This document shows, one piece after another, positions 25,000-38,499 of a stretch of 64,000 nt of DNA; the first letter of the stretch is position 1; every line of letters begins with the position of its first letter. Position numbers and translations under genes: made by a program. The notes below the pieces were generated by a model. The model had not been told where the DNA came from and made no database searches. It saw only the letters and a list, made by a program, of their open reading frames with translations. The stretch is from Octopus vulgaris (Eukaryota). The stretch is from contig OX597830.1 of NCBI GenBank assembly GCA_951406725.2, forward strand, positions 59,582,001-59,646,000, written 5' to 3'.

Positions 25000-25797
25000 C
25001 AGTGGTCCCTAAATAAGATTTCTTTGGGGGTGGGGGGGTCATCAAGCAAAATAGTAAATTAAGGACCCTCAGCAGTATATAAAGAGTCCATGAGAAAATG
25101 TTACCTTGGATGTAATTTATTGCAAGAAATAGCTAGGTTTCTTTTGCTAATGTTTTACAGAGACACAGGTGTAGCATTGTGGTAAGAAACTTGCCTCCCA
25201 ACCTCATGGGTCTGGGTTCAGTCCCACTGCATGGCACCTTGGGCCACTGTCTTCTACTATAGCCACAGGTCAACCAAAACCTTGTGAATGGATGTGGCAG
25301 ACGGAAAACTGAAAGGAGCTTGGCATATATAAGTGTGTATGTGTGTATCTGTGCATGTGCGTGTGTGTATCTGTGTATGTGTGTATCTGTGCATGTGTGT
25401 GTGTGTATCTGTGCATGTGTGTGTGTGTATCTGTGCATGTGTGTGTGTGTGTGTCTGTGTTTGTCCCCAATCACCACTTGTCAACCAGTGTTGGTATATT
25501 TACCTCCCCATAACTTGGCAGTTTGGTAAAAGAGACCAATAGGATAGGAGCCAGGCTTTAAAAAAAATCCTGGGATTGATTCATTCAACTAAAACCCTTC
25601 AAGGCAGTGCCCTAGAATGGCCAGAGTCTAATGAGTGAAGCAATAAAAGATAAAATATAGTTCAACCTATACAAGTTAACATGTGAAAAACAAAATTAGG
25701 AATTTTCAAAGTAATATCTATAAAATGAGTTTTTAAACCTCAAATGGCTATGGGGGTTCGCCAGAGTAAAATAGTAATCAATGGTTAAGAAACACTG
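25000..25797. mobile_element. hAT (Charlie-like) MITE with a nested SINE
   Basis: Ends CAGTGGTCCCTAA / TTAAGAAACACTG; 8-bp TSD CAGTAGAG / CAGTGGAG. Confidence 0.7.
25161..25655 (+). mobile_element. SINE family A, full length
   Basis: Head, body, internal (TG)-type repeat and tail are all present. Confidence 0.85.
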
Positions 25798-26646
25798 CAG
25801 TGGAGTATGGCAATGAGGTTTCTATTTCCTACCATTTTTTTTTTTTTTGGTCCTCACATTCGAAAGTACTCTTTAGAGATTGAACACTCAAGGATCCTAC
25901 CCATTTCAGGATCTCTTCTGAGAAGATACACTATTCCATAGCTCTTTACTACTGTTACTACCCTCATCCAATAGAGTTCATTTCTTCCAACTAACAAAGC
26001 ACTTATATAAACTTCACAGTGTTGTTCATGATGAGCTCAACACAAAGAAAAAGCTCACATAGAACCCATTTATAGAAAGGAATATCTTGGTGCAGAATTG
26101 AAATAACCGTCTCCATAGTTCCTATGAGCAATTAATGGAACAGGGATCATAGATTGTACCCTTATTCCCAATTCATACAGATGTTTGAATGCATATATAT
26201 ATATATATGCACACACATATCTTGTGTGCAGTGTTAGATGTATGATTACTACTGTATGAGTTAGAGCTCCATGTAGATTATCATTATCCAGTGATAGACT
26301 CAATAATTGTTAAGGTCTTCCTTAACATGAAACCAATGGTAGCCTTAATCCACAAATAAACAATCTTTATCCACCAATGTGGTGTTGCGCATTTATTCTC
26401 ATCGTTAGACATTTACTTATCACATGTATGTGTGTGTATCTATATATACGTTGCATTGTGACTGATAAATAATATCAAAGATATCAAAAAATTATAGCAG
26501 ACAAAAGAAATGCAGAATGCCATGTTTGTGTTCATTAAACAATTCAAGCAATAGTATCTAGGAGGCGCCACCACATTTCATGATCACATGCTGCTCTTTC
26601 AAGCCTCCTGTCTCCACGTCTCAATTCTTGTGTTGCATAATGGATA

Positions 26647-26681
<35 letters not shown>

Positions 26682-27009
26682 TGCTCACAATAATCAGATT
26701 ACATGTACATACATTCAAATAAACACATGTACATTTAGAAGCATACACACATATTAAGACATATCACACATTCTACACAATCTGTGCTGCTCAAACAGCA
26801 CCAAAGCAAAAGCTAACAAACATTTGCATAAGTATGTATTTATGGTAGGCTTCCATACAGTTTCCATCTAGTAAAATTTCACTGACACAACATTAGTCAT
26901 CCTGAGACTTAAGAGTAGAGGACACTTGCCCAAGGCACCACAAAGAGAAACACACACACACACACAAAATATACATGGATGAAACAAACACATGTAGAAA
27001 TCTACTCAC

Positions 27010-27198
27010 TTCCTTTGGTTCAATTTGTTTACTGAGACTATCAATCTCCTTCAAGAGCCGTTCCTTGCCTTCCTCAGCATCATGCAGACGGCACTCTGTC
27101 TCAATCCGCATGTTTTCTAATCGTTTCCGCAGTTTTTTCTTCCTCTCTGCACACCGGAGGATTTTAGTTTTCGCTGTTGCCCGAACCTTCGTCAGTAA
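27010..27198 (-). CDS. SKI: Ski/SnoN exon (coiled coil)
   Basis: CAG acceptor, GTGAGT donor, 189 nt, phase 0/0; LLTKVRATAKTKILRCAERKKKLRKRLENMRIETECRLHDAEEGKERLLKEID resembles vertebrate Ski [34 protein letters not shown] (recalled). Confidence 0.93.
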
Positions 27199-27322
27199 CT
27201 GTGAAAGAGAGAAAGGAAGCAATAGAATGGAAACAATCGAGAGAGTGATGGTACCACAGAACTGCAGCTATGTGGAGTTTACCAATAAAGCGAAAAGTAC
27301 TTTGCAAGAAGATTATGCTTAC

Positions 27323-27516
27323 ATCTCGTAACTGTTGTCGGGATCGGTCCATCAGGTGCAGTCGCTGTTGATGCAGAGATCGCAAGTTTGTAAAATCGTG
27401 AAGGAACTTCCGTTTCGACTCTGTGCAGTCACCAACTTTACCCTCAAGGGCTTGCTTCACCATGTCCAGCTCTATTTCAAAGGTATCTTCTAGTTTCGGT
27501 GATAAGGGTTCATCAC
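27323..27516 (-). CDS. SKI: Ski/SnoN exon
   Basis: TAG acceptor, GTAAGC donor, 194 nt, phase 1/0; FEIELDMVKQALEGKVGDCTESKRKFLHDFTNLR resembles Ski [33 protein letters not shown] (recalled). Confidence 0.93.
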
Positions 27517-27805
27517 CTAAAAAGCAGATTGGATAGTAAGAGAAATGAGGTACAATACACTCAGTGGTATGGGTAACTAAAGTACCCTGAGTGGTGGTAA
27601 GGATAGGCTAAGGAAGAGTTGGGTAGAGAAGATATGGGAAAGGACATGGAACCTTAAAGACAGAGAGAGTAGAGCAGGAGTTGAGAACACCCATTTAATA
27701 TATATCTACATCAACAATAAAAGGCATAGTGACCATAGAAGAGGAAGAGGATGAGGAGGGGTGACAATGATGATTATAATGATGAATAGACAGACTACAA
27801 CTCAC

Positions 27806-28089
27806 CCGTTTCCTCAAATTCAGTAATCGACTCCTCAGAATCAGATGAGAAATCATAAGCCTTCTCTTTGCTTTTGCTCAAATTCGTTGATGTCTCTTGA
27901 TAAATTTTACTCTCTTTGGTCAGCGCAACTGGTTCTTTTGAGATCTTTGACACTGCAGCTTCTGCCAACTGATGTAAACCATTCCGCTCCATTTCAGACT
28001 CTTTCAGCTCACTTTTGATTTTGCTATCAGGTAATCGTTGTTGTGGCAACGGTGCCAGAGACACGTTTGGTGTGAAGTGGCGTTCATAC
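27806..28089 (-). CDS. SKI: Ski/SnoN exon
   Basis: CAG acceptor, GTGAGT donor, 284 nt, phase 2/1; begins YERHFTPNVSLAP (Ski/Sno PNVALAP motif). Confidence 0.92.
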
Positions 28090-28572
28090 CTGTAATAAAT
28101 ATTATGTGTGTGTATATAAAGATTAATGCTAAAAACAATACATGTGAATGTCTACAGATAGATATTTATATATAATTGTTTTAGCAGAAAGGTAACCCTG
28201 TTCAAGCAGACTTGTCTTTAGAAGTATTCCAGCAGTGAATATACCATATATTTGGGACTTCTCTGTTGAGTGTTCATTACTTTTTTTTCTTTTTTTTTTA
28301 CCAGAAGAATTTAGTAACATAATTAAGTCATTTTAACCTGGTGTATAGAGCTTAAATTAAGATTTAATCTTTTGATAAAACCTTTTAATTCAAATCACTT
28401 TCAAAGCAAAACTTTGTACCATAGAACCAGGGCAGTCTGTGCTAAGTTGGTATATAAAGGACTAAAACAATAAACGTGATTTGAGAGAAATTTGGCTACT
28501 ATTTCTAACAGATCGAGCAACTGATTAGAGGCTCCCCCTCACTGATTTATATGTATAATAATTAGTGTGTGT

Positions 28573-28790
28573 AAGGCAGTAAGTTAGCAGAATCGTTAGC
28601 ATGCTGGGCAAAACGCTTAGCAACACTTCGTCCATCTTTGTGTTCTGAGTTCAGATTCTGCTGAGGTTAGCTTAGCCATTCATCCTTTTGGGATCGATAG
28701 AATTAAGTAGCAGTTGATTGCCAGGGTCAATGTAATCAAATTACCCACATCCTCTGGGATTGCTGGCCTTGTGCCAGAATTTGAAAGCAA
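28573..28790 (+). mobile_element. SINE family C
   Basis: AAGGCAGTAAGTTAGCAGAATCGTTAGCA...GAGTTCAGATTC...CATCCTTTTGGGATCGATA...GGCCTTGTGCCAGAATTTGAAA. Confidence 0.8.
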
Positions 28791-29539
28791 TATTTAATGT
28801 GCGTAGTAAAGAAGGTTAACTTAAAAGCATAATTAATATCACAAGCTTGATCCTACTCGACAGTAATTTACGTAAATTGTTTTCCAACCATGACCTCAGC
28901 TAATGGTTGAAGTAAAACATTGTGAGTGAAATTGGAAACTCATTGAATGAATTGTTAATTTTTATCACTCATCATCCAGCTAGGTTGGCTTCAAGATTAT
29001 TTTAGGAATACAAGCATCTGTGCAATACTCAATCACTTATCCCACCCCCAACCCCTCTCTCTCTCTTCCCCACACACACACGCGTGTGTGTCGCTTTGTC
29101 TTGCACTGTGTGATGGATATAAACAAATGTTGCCATCATATGAGTGATGTCAGTTATTTCCAAACTTCCATGAAAGTATATCAGGTGACGGGGAAATATT
29201 ACCTTGTTTTGAAACAAGGGTAGACAATGGGAAGGGCATCCAGCCGTAGAAACTTGTCATGATGAATTCCATCTGACCCGTGGAAAAATGTACACTAAAA
29301 CAATGATGATGATGATGTGTGTGTGAGTGTGTGTGTGTGTGTGCCTTCAATATTTGAATACTAGCTTTTATTCATTTATACATAGTACATACATGCATGT
29401 AGATGCATAGAGTTATGTGTGAATGCTAAAATGCTAATGCATACATACACAATAAAAGTTACATACATACATAGATATACACACAAACTCAGGTATACAA
29501 ATTCTCTCTCTCTTTCTCTCACACACACACTTGAATGTA

Positions 29540-29759
29540 TGAGGGGGTACTGAAAAGTTTCTGGCTTTAAGGGTATCATCGCAAAAGGCCTGGTTGGAGG
29601 CTTGACCTTCCGAGTTCTTTTACAGGACTTAGAAAAACTGAAGGACCGCTGCAAGAAGTGTGTTGATCTGAGAGAGGAACATATTGGATAAAATCATGAT
29701 TAACTGAGCCTCTTGTATTTTCTTTTATCCAAAGCCAGGAACTTTTTAGCGCTTCCTTG
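29540..29759 (+). mobile_element. Internally deleted mariner element
   Basis: TIRs TGAGGGGGTACTGAAAAGTTTCTGGCTTT / AAAGCCAGGAACTTTTTAGCGCTTCCTTG; retains a transposase C-terminus LQDLEKLKDRCKKCVDLREEHIG*. Confidence 0.8.
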
Positions 29760-29968
29760 AACACAGACACAGTTCTTGTCCAAACAGAGTCCAACACCAA
29801 AAAAAGGGAATCTCCCATCTGACTCTTCACCAACACCACCCTACATCTAGTTTCCATCCATGCCAATCACTTCGCAATCCCACACCTACCCAATCAAATA
29901 CAAGAACAAAAACAAGATAACGTTTCAAAAACCAGAGTATATGTGGAAAAGTCCTGTCAGTTAATTAC

Positions 29969-30058
29969 CTTGCTGATTCCGAATGGGGTATCACACGTTC
30001 CGGGTGGAGTAAAACAGGTGGCCCAGTCTGTAGATAGGAGGGCAATGACCGAGGCAAG
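29969..30058 (-). CDS. SKI: Ski/SnoN 90-nt exon (not in the ORF track)
   Basis: CAG acceptor, GTAATT donor, phase 2/2; LPRSLPSYLQTGPPVLLHPERVIPHSESA, the GPPVLLHPERV motif recalled from invertebrate Ski/Sno proteins. Confidence 0.9.
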
Positions 30059-33047
30059 CTGTAATACAACAGACTAAACATCAATGATAGATAGGAGAAC
30101 TTGCAGTGAGAGATGGCTGTGTGTATTGCTGGGTGGATCTATTCTACTACTGGGTGGCTACCGGGTATGTGGGATGGATAGAGCACTATGGGATAAAAAC
30201 AGTGGGGGAAAGTGTGATGCAGGGTGTCAGATTTGGCTAAGGTTTGGGGAAGTTGATTTGGGGAAGACAAAGCTGCTATAGTATGGATTAGGGAGGTATG
30301 GTGGATGTATATAATGTATGGTTGTAAATTATAAGTAGCTAACAGATGTCTGCATGTGTAATGTGTATGTGCATGTAAATGCATATATGAATATGTGTGT
30401 GTGGGCAGTGTGCATGTATGTATATATATATGTGTACATTGTGTGTGTGTGTGTGTAAGAGCTGAGGCAACAGACCGTTATACAAGAAATCAGTGAGATA
30501 AAGGTGGCTGGATGCAGTGTTTGGTTAGTTCAGACTTTCAGGAGAGAGAAAGAGAAAGAGAGTGACAACTAACTGGCTGACTATTTGGCTATCTCCAAGA
30601 AGGTGCAAGTGTGGTGAGTTGTTTACATGTGTGCAGTGGCTGAGAGAAGCCAAATCGCAAGAGATGAAGCAAGTTGTAGCATCTACTGTTCTGTTTCTGT
30701 TAATATCAACAATCAATCAAATATTCTTTTTTATTTATATTCACATTCAATCATCACTAGGGACCAACAGAGGACACAGTAAACAAAAAAAAACAAAAGA
30801 CAAAAACATAAAGACTTATAGGTTGACAAAAACAGTACAACTGAGTATAGCTATGAAAATACAACAGACATCCTCTACAGACATAACCAAAGATATGTAA
30901 ATATGGCTAATAAATATTCCTCTCTCTATTTACCTATGCATGTGTGTATGTATCTGTGTGTGTGAGAGAGAGAGAGAGGTGAAATTAAGGTTATTTTTAT
31001 TTGCAAAAGCTAGTTTAAAGAATAACAACAAACATTTACTGATAGAGTGACTCAATATTCAGACTAGAGCAACGTTTATTGTACAATTTGTATTGACCGA
31101 GATCTAATGACCCATTAACAGTTCAAGGAGATCTCAACTCATATTCACAGTGCAGCTTGGTGCAGTCCTATCAAATTGTTCAGCTCCTGTCAACCCATGC
31201 CAGCATGGAAGACAGACATTAAATGATGATATACATGTGTGTGTATATATATTGCTTAGGTATTGCAAAACTAATAACCTGGTGTACAACTCAATATACA
31301 TATGTTTCAGAACAAAGTGTTACAAGAGTATAGAGAAGTAATTTGCAAAAGAGCTGACACACAAAAGATGACGGTTACGTTATGAACTTCATAGCATAGT
31401 CATCATTTTTCCTGTGTCCTATCTTTTTCTTTATAAGTGTGTGTGTGTATATATATATATATATTTAAAGAAGTTGCTTTAGAATGGCTAAGGTTCAATC
31501 AAACTGCATGGATGCTGTTGACAAAAAGTGTCTGTGTGTTACCCTCATCTTCATATGCACATTCTGATCATAATCAAAAGCTTTCAACATCTGTACAGAC
31601 AAGATTGTTTTCCTTGCAGTCATCCCATAAAAACTATGTCCAAACTGTTCGTTGTTTGACAGACTGGAGAAATTATTACCTTGTTAGGAAACAATCAAGG
31701 GTTTCTGCCAGAAAGGGCATACAGCCAGGCACAATTATGGCACAAAGAATTCATATTCGATGATACATGTAAGCATGTAAAAGCAGACATTACAATGACG
31801 ATGGTAAGTCAGGTGTATATGCTATTGTCAACAATTTTAATGTCCATTTTTCCAAATTTGCATGGGTCTGACAGAATTCATTAAGACAGATCTTTCATTA
31901 GCCAGATGCTATTCTGGTCACTAACCTTTGCTGCTTCCAAGCAAAGTAATATTTCCCCACGGTCCAACATCTTTTTACTTGTCTGACAGTGATATCAAGA
32001 TAAGGAATCACAATCGCACATACATGTATACGGTGGACTTCTTTCAGTTCCTGTCTCCTATCAGATCCATTCACAAGGCAGCAAAGGGCGATAGAAAAAG
32101 GACACTTGTGTAAGGGCTCATAAAGTGGGACTGAACCCCTAACCATACAGTTAGGAAACAGACTTCTTAACCACAAAGCCATGTTTGTGCTTATATAAAA
32201 TATATATACAATAGAGATGTAGAAGAGGGATAAATGTAGAAATAGTAACATATTCACGTTCACATACACTTAGATTTTCTCATGACATATTCAGCCATGA
32301 GAAAGAGATCAAAGCTTCGAATTCAGTCACTGAAATTAAACTTCAGAATGTTGAGGCGACAACATTGGCCCTGTCAGCAGTGAAAGAGAGGGGTCTCTAC
32401 ATGAATACAAAACAACTGAATGAGATGTGTTTATATGTTTGTGTGTGTGTGAGTGTGTTGCTAAGGATGGACCTAAATGAATTCATGTATCTAGATCAGA
32501 TGTGAGAATTGTTTATGAAAATAACTGAATATGTGAATATGTGCGTGTTTGTATTTGCATAGAAATCATATGAAATGTTTGTTTGTTTTGCTTCTTTCTT
32601 TTCTATTGTGAAGATAAACAAGGTTATGTAACACTTTTGATCCATAGATTGTGTCATGTTTGTATAAGTTTAACAGACACAGCTAACGCATACAGTATGA
32701 AGCTGTGATCTTTTCTGCAAGAAAACAACTCTAAATTGAACTTCCCCTTTCACTCTCCCCACCTTCCCCAAGTATTCTCTACACTGGCAAGGAGTATTAT
32801 ATGAAATCAGTTACCAAAGTCAAGCTACCCAAGGTGTGGTACCAGCTACGACTTAGGTGAAAGAGTGTATATAGAGCCAATAGGTCAAAACAGATCTGCC
32901 AATTTCTGTGAGCAGTCATTCATCAATCTAATGTGCCCTCATATAAAGGTGGCATGCACCAACATTTACTTGACCTAAGATTGAACAGAAGGCACAATGT
33001 TATTGCAGTTACTAGCTTTCGAAACAATACGTGTGTGTGTGTGTTGT

Positions 33048-33330
33048 GAAGGCACGTGGCCTAGTGGTTAAGGTGTTGCACTCATGATTGCAAGATTGTG
33101 GTTTCGATTCCCAGACTAGGCAGTGCATCATGTCTTTGAGCAAAAAGCACCTCACTGCACATTGCTCTGCAATCCCTTCGACATCTGATGTGAGCTGCAT
33201 GCATTATGCACCCATACAAACAATGTCGATTTGATGGAGGGAGGGAGGGTGGGAGTAATGTACAGCGAATATAATGTAATCACTAGAAACAAATTACCTC
33301 TGAGGTTGTTCAGTAAGAAATTGCAGCAGA
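33048..33330 (+). mobile_element. tRNA-derived SINE, family B (degenerate)
   Basis: TGGCCTAGTGGTTAAGG...GGTTTCGATTCCC head followed by TTGAGCAA; similar to 48480 and 50598. Confidence 0.7.
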
Positions 33331-34021
33331 ACCTTTATCTGTTTTCTAACAGGAGAATCCATACTATATATGTCTATATCTATATATATATATATATATA
33401 TATGTACTCACACACACATTCATATCTACATGCAACTAATATTCTACGAGGTGTGGTGGTATGTGTGAGTGGACGCTAAATGATATATATATATATATCT
33501 TAGTACATGATACACTGGAGCAAGATGTGAGTCCTTCAACAAGCTGAATCCTGTCAAACCATCCAACCCATGCCAGTGTGAAAAGCAACATGATATAACG
33601 ATGAATAATGATGGTGGTATGCGCAAAAACACACACAAACACACAGAAAACATATACAGTCGTTCGATTGGCTGAACTAGCAGGATCGTTGAATGCATGC
33701 ATAGTGTTTGAGTATTTCCACAGACAGATGTATCCTTAACATAATTCGCAAATGCAGTTGGCAAAACAGTGTGTGACAAGGCTGGACCTTTGAACTACAG
33801 AGCTACAATACAGCCAAACGGTTTCTATACCACTGTTGCTACGGTCTACCCAGTTTCAGTCTAATGATATGGGCCAACCCAAGGCTACGGGACATAACAC
33901 CTGCCCAAGATGACACACAGAAAATGAACTATATATATATGCATGTATATATGTGTGCGTATATATATACACACAAATACAACATGTTAAAACACAGCCT
34001 CAATAATGTATTCATCGAACC

Positions 34022-34343
34022 CAGGGTTTTCTCAACCATTTTTTATCTAGGGTCCCCCTTGGATTCCTATTTTATTTCGGTGACCCCCCCTCCCCCTTAG
34101 CTATTTGATATTTAAAAACTAGTTTTATAGAAACGTCTTTCAAAATTCTTATTTTGTTCTTCACACATACACTTACGTAAGCTGAACTCTGTAAAACATT
34201 TGAGAAAGAAACCTAACCGTTTCTTGCAATATATACCAATACACACATCTAAAGCAAATACTCTTATGAATCCCCAATTTAGTATTTTGTGGCATGGACC
34301 CCCCCAAAGAAATCTTATATGGATCCTCAGGAGCCAATGAGAA
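34022..34343. mobile_element. hAT MITE, inverted relative to the 25000-25797 copy
   Basis: CAGGGTTTTCTCAACCAT end; internal segments match the reverse complement of the 25000-25797 element. Confidence 0.6.
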
Positions 34344-34443
34344 CCCTGATCGAAAACTACCCATCTAACCTATGCTAGCATAGAAAAAATGGGCATAGAA
34401 CAAACAAGCAAATACACACACTATATAATAAAGTATATACATA

Positions 34444-34476
<33 letters not shown>

Positions 34477-34600
34477 TTATACATACATATATATATATGT
34501 ACTCACACACACACATTCATATCTACATGCAACTAATATTCTACGAGGTGTGGTGGTGGTATGTGTGAGTGGGAGTTTACCATCAAATTTAAGCACTTAC

Positions 34601-34800
34601 CTATCACGCATGATGTTAGGGGGCTGGGGTAAGTATTTGTTATCTTTCAGGGCAGTGATGAGACTCTGGGGCCACGCTGAGTACGCTGACACCGGAGCCA
34701 TTGTTGGTTGTGCTGAATGGTGCGGGGACCATGGTGAAACTTGACTGGTTGGGCTTTCTTCGCTCTTCACACGTTTGCTATGTAACCAGTCATCAGAACT
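34601..34800 (-). CDS. SKI: Ski/SnoN exon, most 5' confident exon in the window
   Basis: CTTTCCAG acceptor, GTAAGT donor, 200 nt, phase 0/2; SSDDWLHSKRVKSEESPTSQVSPWSP...NIMRD; frame is continuous through all six exons. Confidence 0.88.
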
Positions 34801-36049
34801 CTGGAAAGACAGAAAACAGATTAAGGTCATTAAGGATTCCTGGTCAAGAGTAAAAGGGGTGGTGGTGTGTGGAGGGGTGGTGCCTGTTGAGAAGAGGATG
34901 CTGTGATGATGATAGTGTTGGTGGTGGTTGTTGTAGTGGTGGTGGTGGTGGTAGCAGCAGTGGGTGGTAGTGGTGGTGGTGGTGGTTATGATGTGGTGAT
35001 TTTTGATGACAGTGGCAATGGTAGTGATGGTTTTGATGATGAAAAAGAGGATGACAAGATTGTGGTGGTGTTAGTTGTATTGGTGGTGGTGGTGGTGGTG
35101 GTGGTGGTGATAACGATGATAGCATTGACAATATTAAATGTATCAACAGATATAATTAAGCTGAGGGGTTTATTTAAATAAATAGTATATAATGAGGCAA
35201 TCAAGTATGAGCAGAATCAGTGGAGCTCCGGACGAAATACACTGCAGTATTTGTGTCCATTAACATTCTATGTTTGAAAAACCTATCTCACTTGACTTTG
35301 ATCATTCATCCTTCCCGTGGCCAATAAAAGACCGAGATCAATATAATCGACTGTAGCATGTCCCCTCCCTAAACTATGCGACCTCATGCCTATATAAGGA
35401 ATCAATAATTTTTATACCCTGTATAAACAGCAATGATCTTTTCAAGTGCAACACCATGTCAGAATTACCATGAAACGGAGCTTATTCAACAAAATCAACC
35501 ACAAGAACTGGACTCTAAGAACAAAAGACAAGAGCCAACTGCAGAATGTAAAGAAAATGCAACTGGATACCACAAAACATCTTGTCCAGCAATTAACCGA
35601 TTCCGCCATACACCATTCTCCTACAGATCATTCTGACTTTCTACCTGAGTAACAAACATGTAGATCTTCCACAAAAAAACTGTTTGCCCCTTCCTCCTTC
35701 CCTTCTTTCATACTTTAACCTCTCATCTCCTCACATGACCCACCTGGGTTTTGAAGTTTCGCAAACTGCATGGCAACATTACAAGCGCTAACGCCAAAAA
35801 AAAATAATAATAAGCGTCCAGTACATGCTGGTTGGCGTTAGGAAGGGCATCCAGCCATAGAAACCATGCCACAGCAGACATTTGAGCACAATGTGGTCCT
35901 TAGACTCATCGATCCCAGTCAAACCATTCGAGCCATGCCAGTAGGGAACACAGGCATTAAATGATGATGTCTTTGGACAACCATATTTCAGACAAAAATA
36001 TGAAAACTGCAACATACATAAGAAAAACAAACAGTTCAATAACAAAAGA

Positions 36050-36520
36050 GAAGGTTAGCAGCAGGATGACAGATTACAGCCTTGTCCCATCAAAGGAAGC
36101 AGTGGACTCAGTTGACCGTTTGATCCTTACAAGACATGCTATCAACTATTTCTTGTAAGCTTCACAAAATTTACAAAATCCTAGCTAACTGCATTTCCAT
36201 GTCTAAGTTCTGTTGTATGTTGGCCACATTTAAAACCATTCTTTTCTGCGCATCACCTGTCATACATACAGTACTAAATGATTTACTCAATCTTTTCTCA
36301 CTACACCTGCAGCTCTCTACGGATCCCTTTTAATCCATGTTATTTCTCTACTTTCAAAGTAAACTCAATGAAATTATCTCAATCTGTAAGTCTAAAGGGC
36401 TCTAGTACAGCTATGGATATTGCTTTCTTGTCACATAAAATAAACAATCAAAGACTATCTTCAGATGCTTTATATGCACATCAACAACTAGAGCCTCTTA
36501 CTGCTTGATATGCAAGAAAG
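36050..36520 (+). mobile_element. Decayed non-LTR reverse transcriptase fragment
   Basis: Ordered remnants KEAVDSVDRLIL, ASPVIHTVLNDLL and SDALYAH resemble RT motifs KAFDSVDR, LSP.LFN..I.DL and LLYADD, with frameshifts. Confidence 0.5.
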
Positions 36521-38274
36521 GCATAGAAACAGGAGTATAAATTTGTAGAGATGAATGACTGTCCCTGCTGTCAAATTCAGATACAGTACTGTCCAACATA
36601 CAAGGCGAATTTTTCAGACAAAAATGTACAACCAAAGCAAGCAGGTAATCTTAAACACCAAGATGACTTTTGAGGACTAAAAATTCCATGTGAAATACAG
36701 CAGGAAAGATAGACATGTTTGAATGTTTACACTAAGTACAATGTCAACTTGTATAGCAGAAAATATGGTTCACAGATATCACTTCCTCACAATGTACAAG
36801 GTGTTAATTCATTTATACTGTTTTAAATTTACAATAATTTAGCACCACATACAGTGTGTGTGTGTGTGTGTACATTTGGAGTGAAGAGTCACATTTTGTG
36901 AATTACAAATAAGAAAATGTAATTAAAACAAACTCATTAAACTTTTAGATCATTCTGCGACTTTTGGGCCACCCTGTATATTAAAATAGGAACTTTTGAG
37001 TATGCAGGTATTTTGGAGATATCTCACGGAATGATGACCATTATGGGTTGCTCTTTCGCAAGGCATAGCACCCATTCAGCTACCCTGCCATGGATATGGT
37101 GAAGTCATGGGACTGCAGCATGGCAGCTTGTGAAGGAGTAGTGGAAGAGTTCAAATGAGCAGAGGAATCTGAGAAGATTGACCGTCAGGAGACACCAAGC
37201 TCTATCCATAGGGGTGGCGTCCATGGCTGTATAAATCAACTAGTGATTCACTATGACTCAAGTTTCCAATTCAAATTCATAAAAATGGAATTGGTTGGTG
37301 ACAGAGGGGTTCGTGGGAATCTGTAAACGCAGCACGACCAAAGAAGAAGTCCGGAACTTCAACTCTTCTTCTTTTCCATCATCTGACAATCAATTGCTCA
37401 ATGCAATTGGTAGGTTATAAATATCCAGGTCACTTATAGATATTTGGTTGGTCGTAGACATTCAATCATTTACAGAGACATACCAGTGTATCTGACTGCC
37501 CAATGGTAAGTATCAATAGTACAAATCAATAAACAATGGTATCAGCAACAGACACGATTCGGAGCTTTGTCTTTACTAAGTCACTAATACTAATAAAACA
37601 ACTTAACTATTGCTTTTCAATCTGATGGTGTACCAGAGTAATTTTTCCTGGTAGTATATTTCCTGAAATATGCTAGTTTCCTATACCTTTGCATGTACAT
37701 ATTGTACACCTACCAAGTGATTCTCTCATCACTAGCTTGGCAATTACAATGAATCTTAAGCCTTGCTGAGGAGTTCTAATAAGACTGAAACATATCAGGA
37801 GCTGTCTACTGTACTTGCTAGAATAATTTACATAATATTAGCCATTGACTAATGTTGTCTTCCTTGATGACAATTATTTCTAATTATAAGTACTAGAAGA
37901 CACAGCCTAAGGTACTGATTGGTGGGATTGAACCTGGAGTCATATAGCTGCAAAATGAATTTCTTAAACACACAACCACAACTGTGCACGTAACCATTAC
38001 TATCACAACTATAAAAACTGCTACCACAACCATTGCAGGCAGCACCACTACCACTATTACTACTACTGTTATTGCTGGCGGCAGAGAAGAAGGAATAGAG
38101 CCAGACAGAAAAATGCCTTACAGGTATTTAGTCTTACAGGTATATAAATTCCTAGCAGACCAGCTGTACCTGTCATCAATCCATCCATCCTTGTACTTGG
38201 GGTGGAGTCAATCAACTATATTCCTTGTTTAAGAATGTCTGGCCTTCTGCCAATGTCAGAAAATGCTACTGCTG

Positions 38275-38306
<32 letters not shown>

Positions 38307-38308
38307 AG

Positions 38309-38499
38309 CAATACCTGATTTAGGCATGAGCCAAGCAAGCTACTGCTAGGGGCCACAAGATCTACAGGGGTCTCAAAATAATTAAAACCCATATATGTTT
38401 CCCTTTTTTTTTTAGTGAGATTTTCAGGTGTATTTTTTTTTTAAATGGCCTCCAAGCTTTATATAGCTTAGGGGTCTCACCAAGTTAATTCAGGCACTG
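38309..38499. mobile_element. Small hAT-like MITE
   Basis: Imperfect TIRs CAATACCTGATTTA / TTAATTCAGGCACTG. Confidence 0.45.

Noticed and set aside
26975-27331. Plus-strand 118-aa ORF (and 24569-24766)
   Set aside because: Antisense shadows of Ski exons.
34844-35204. His/Pro-rich ORF immediately upstream of the 34601-34800 Ski exon
   Set aside because: (GGT)n-derived low complexity; ends in a stop before the acceptor and lacks a convincing donor.
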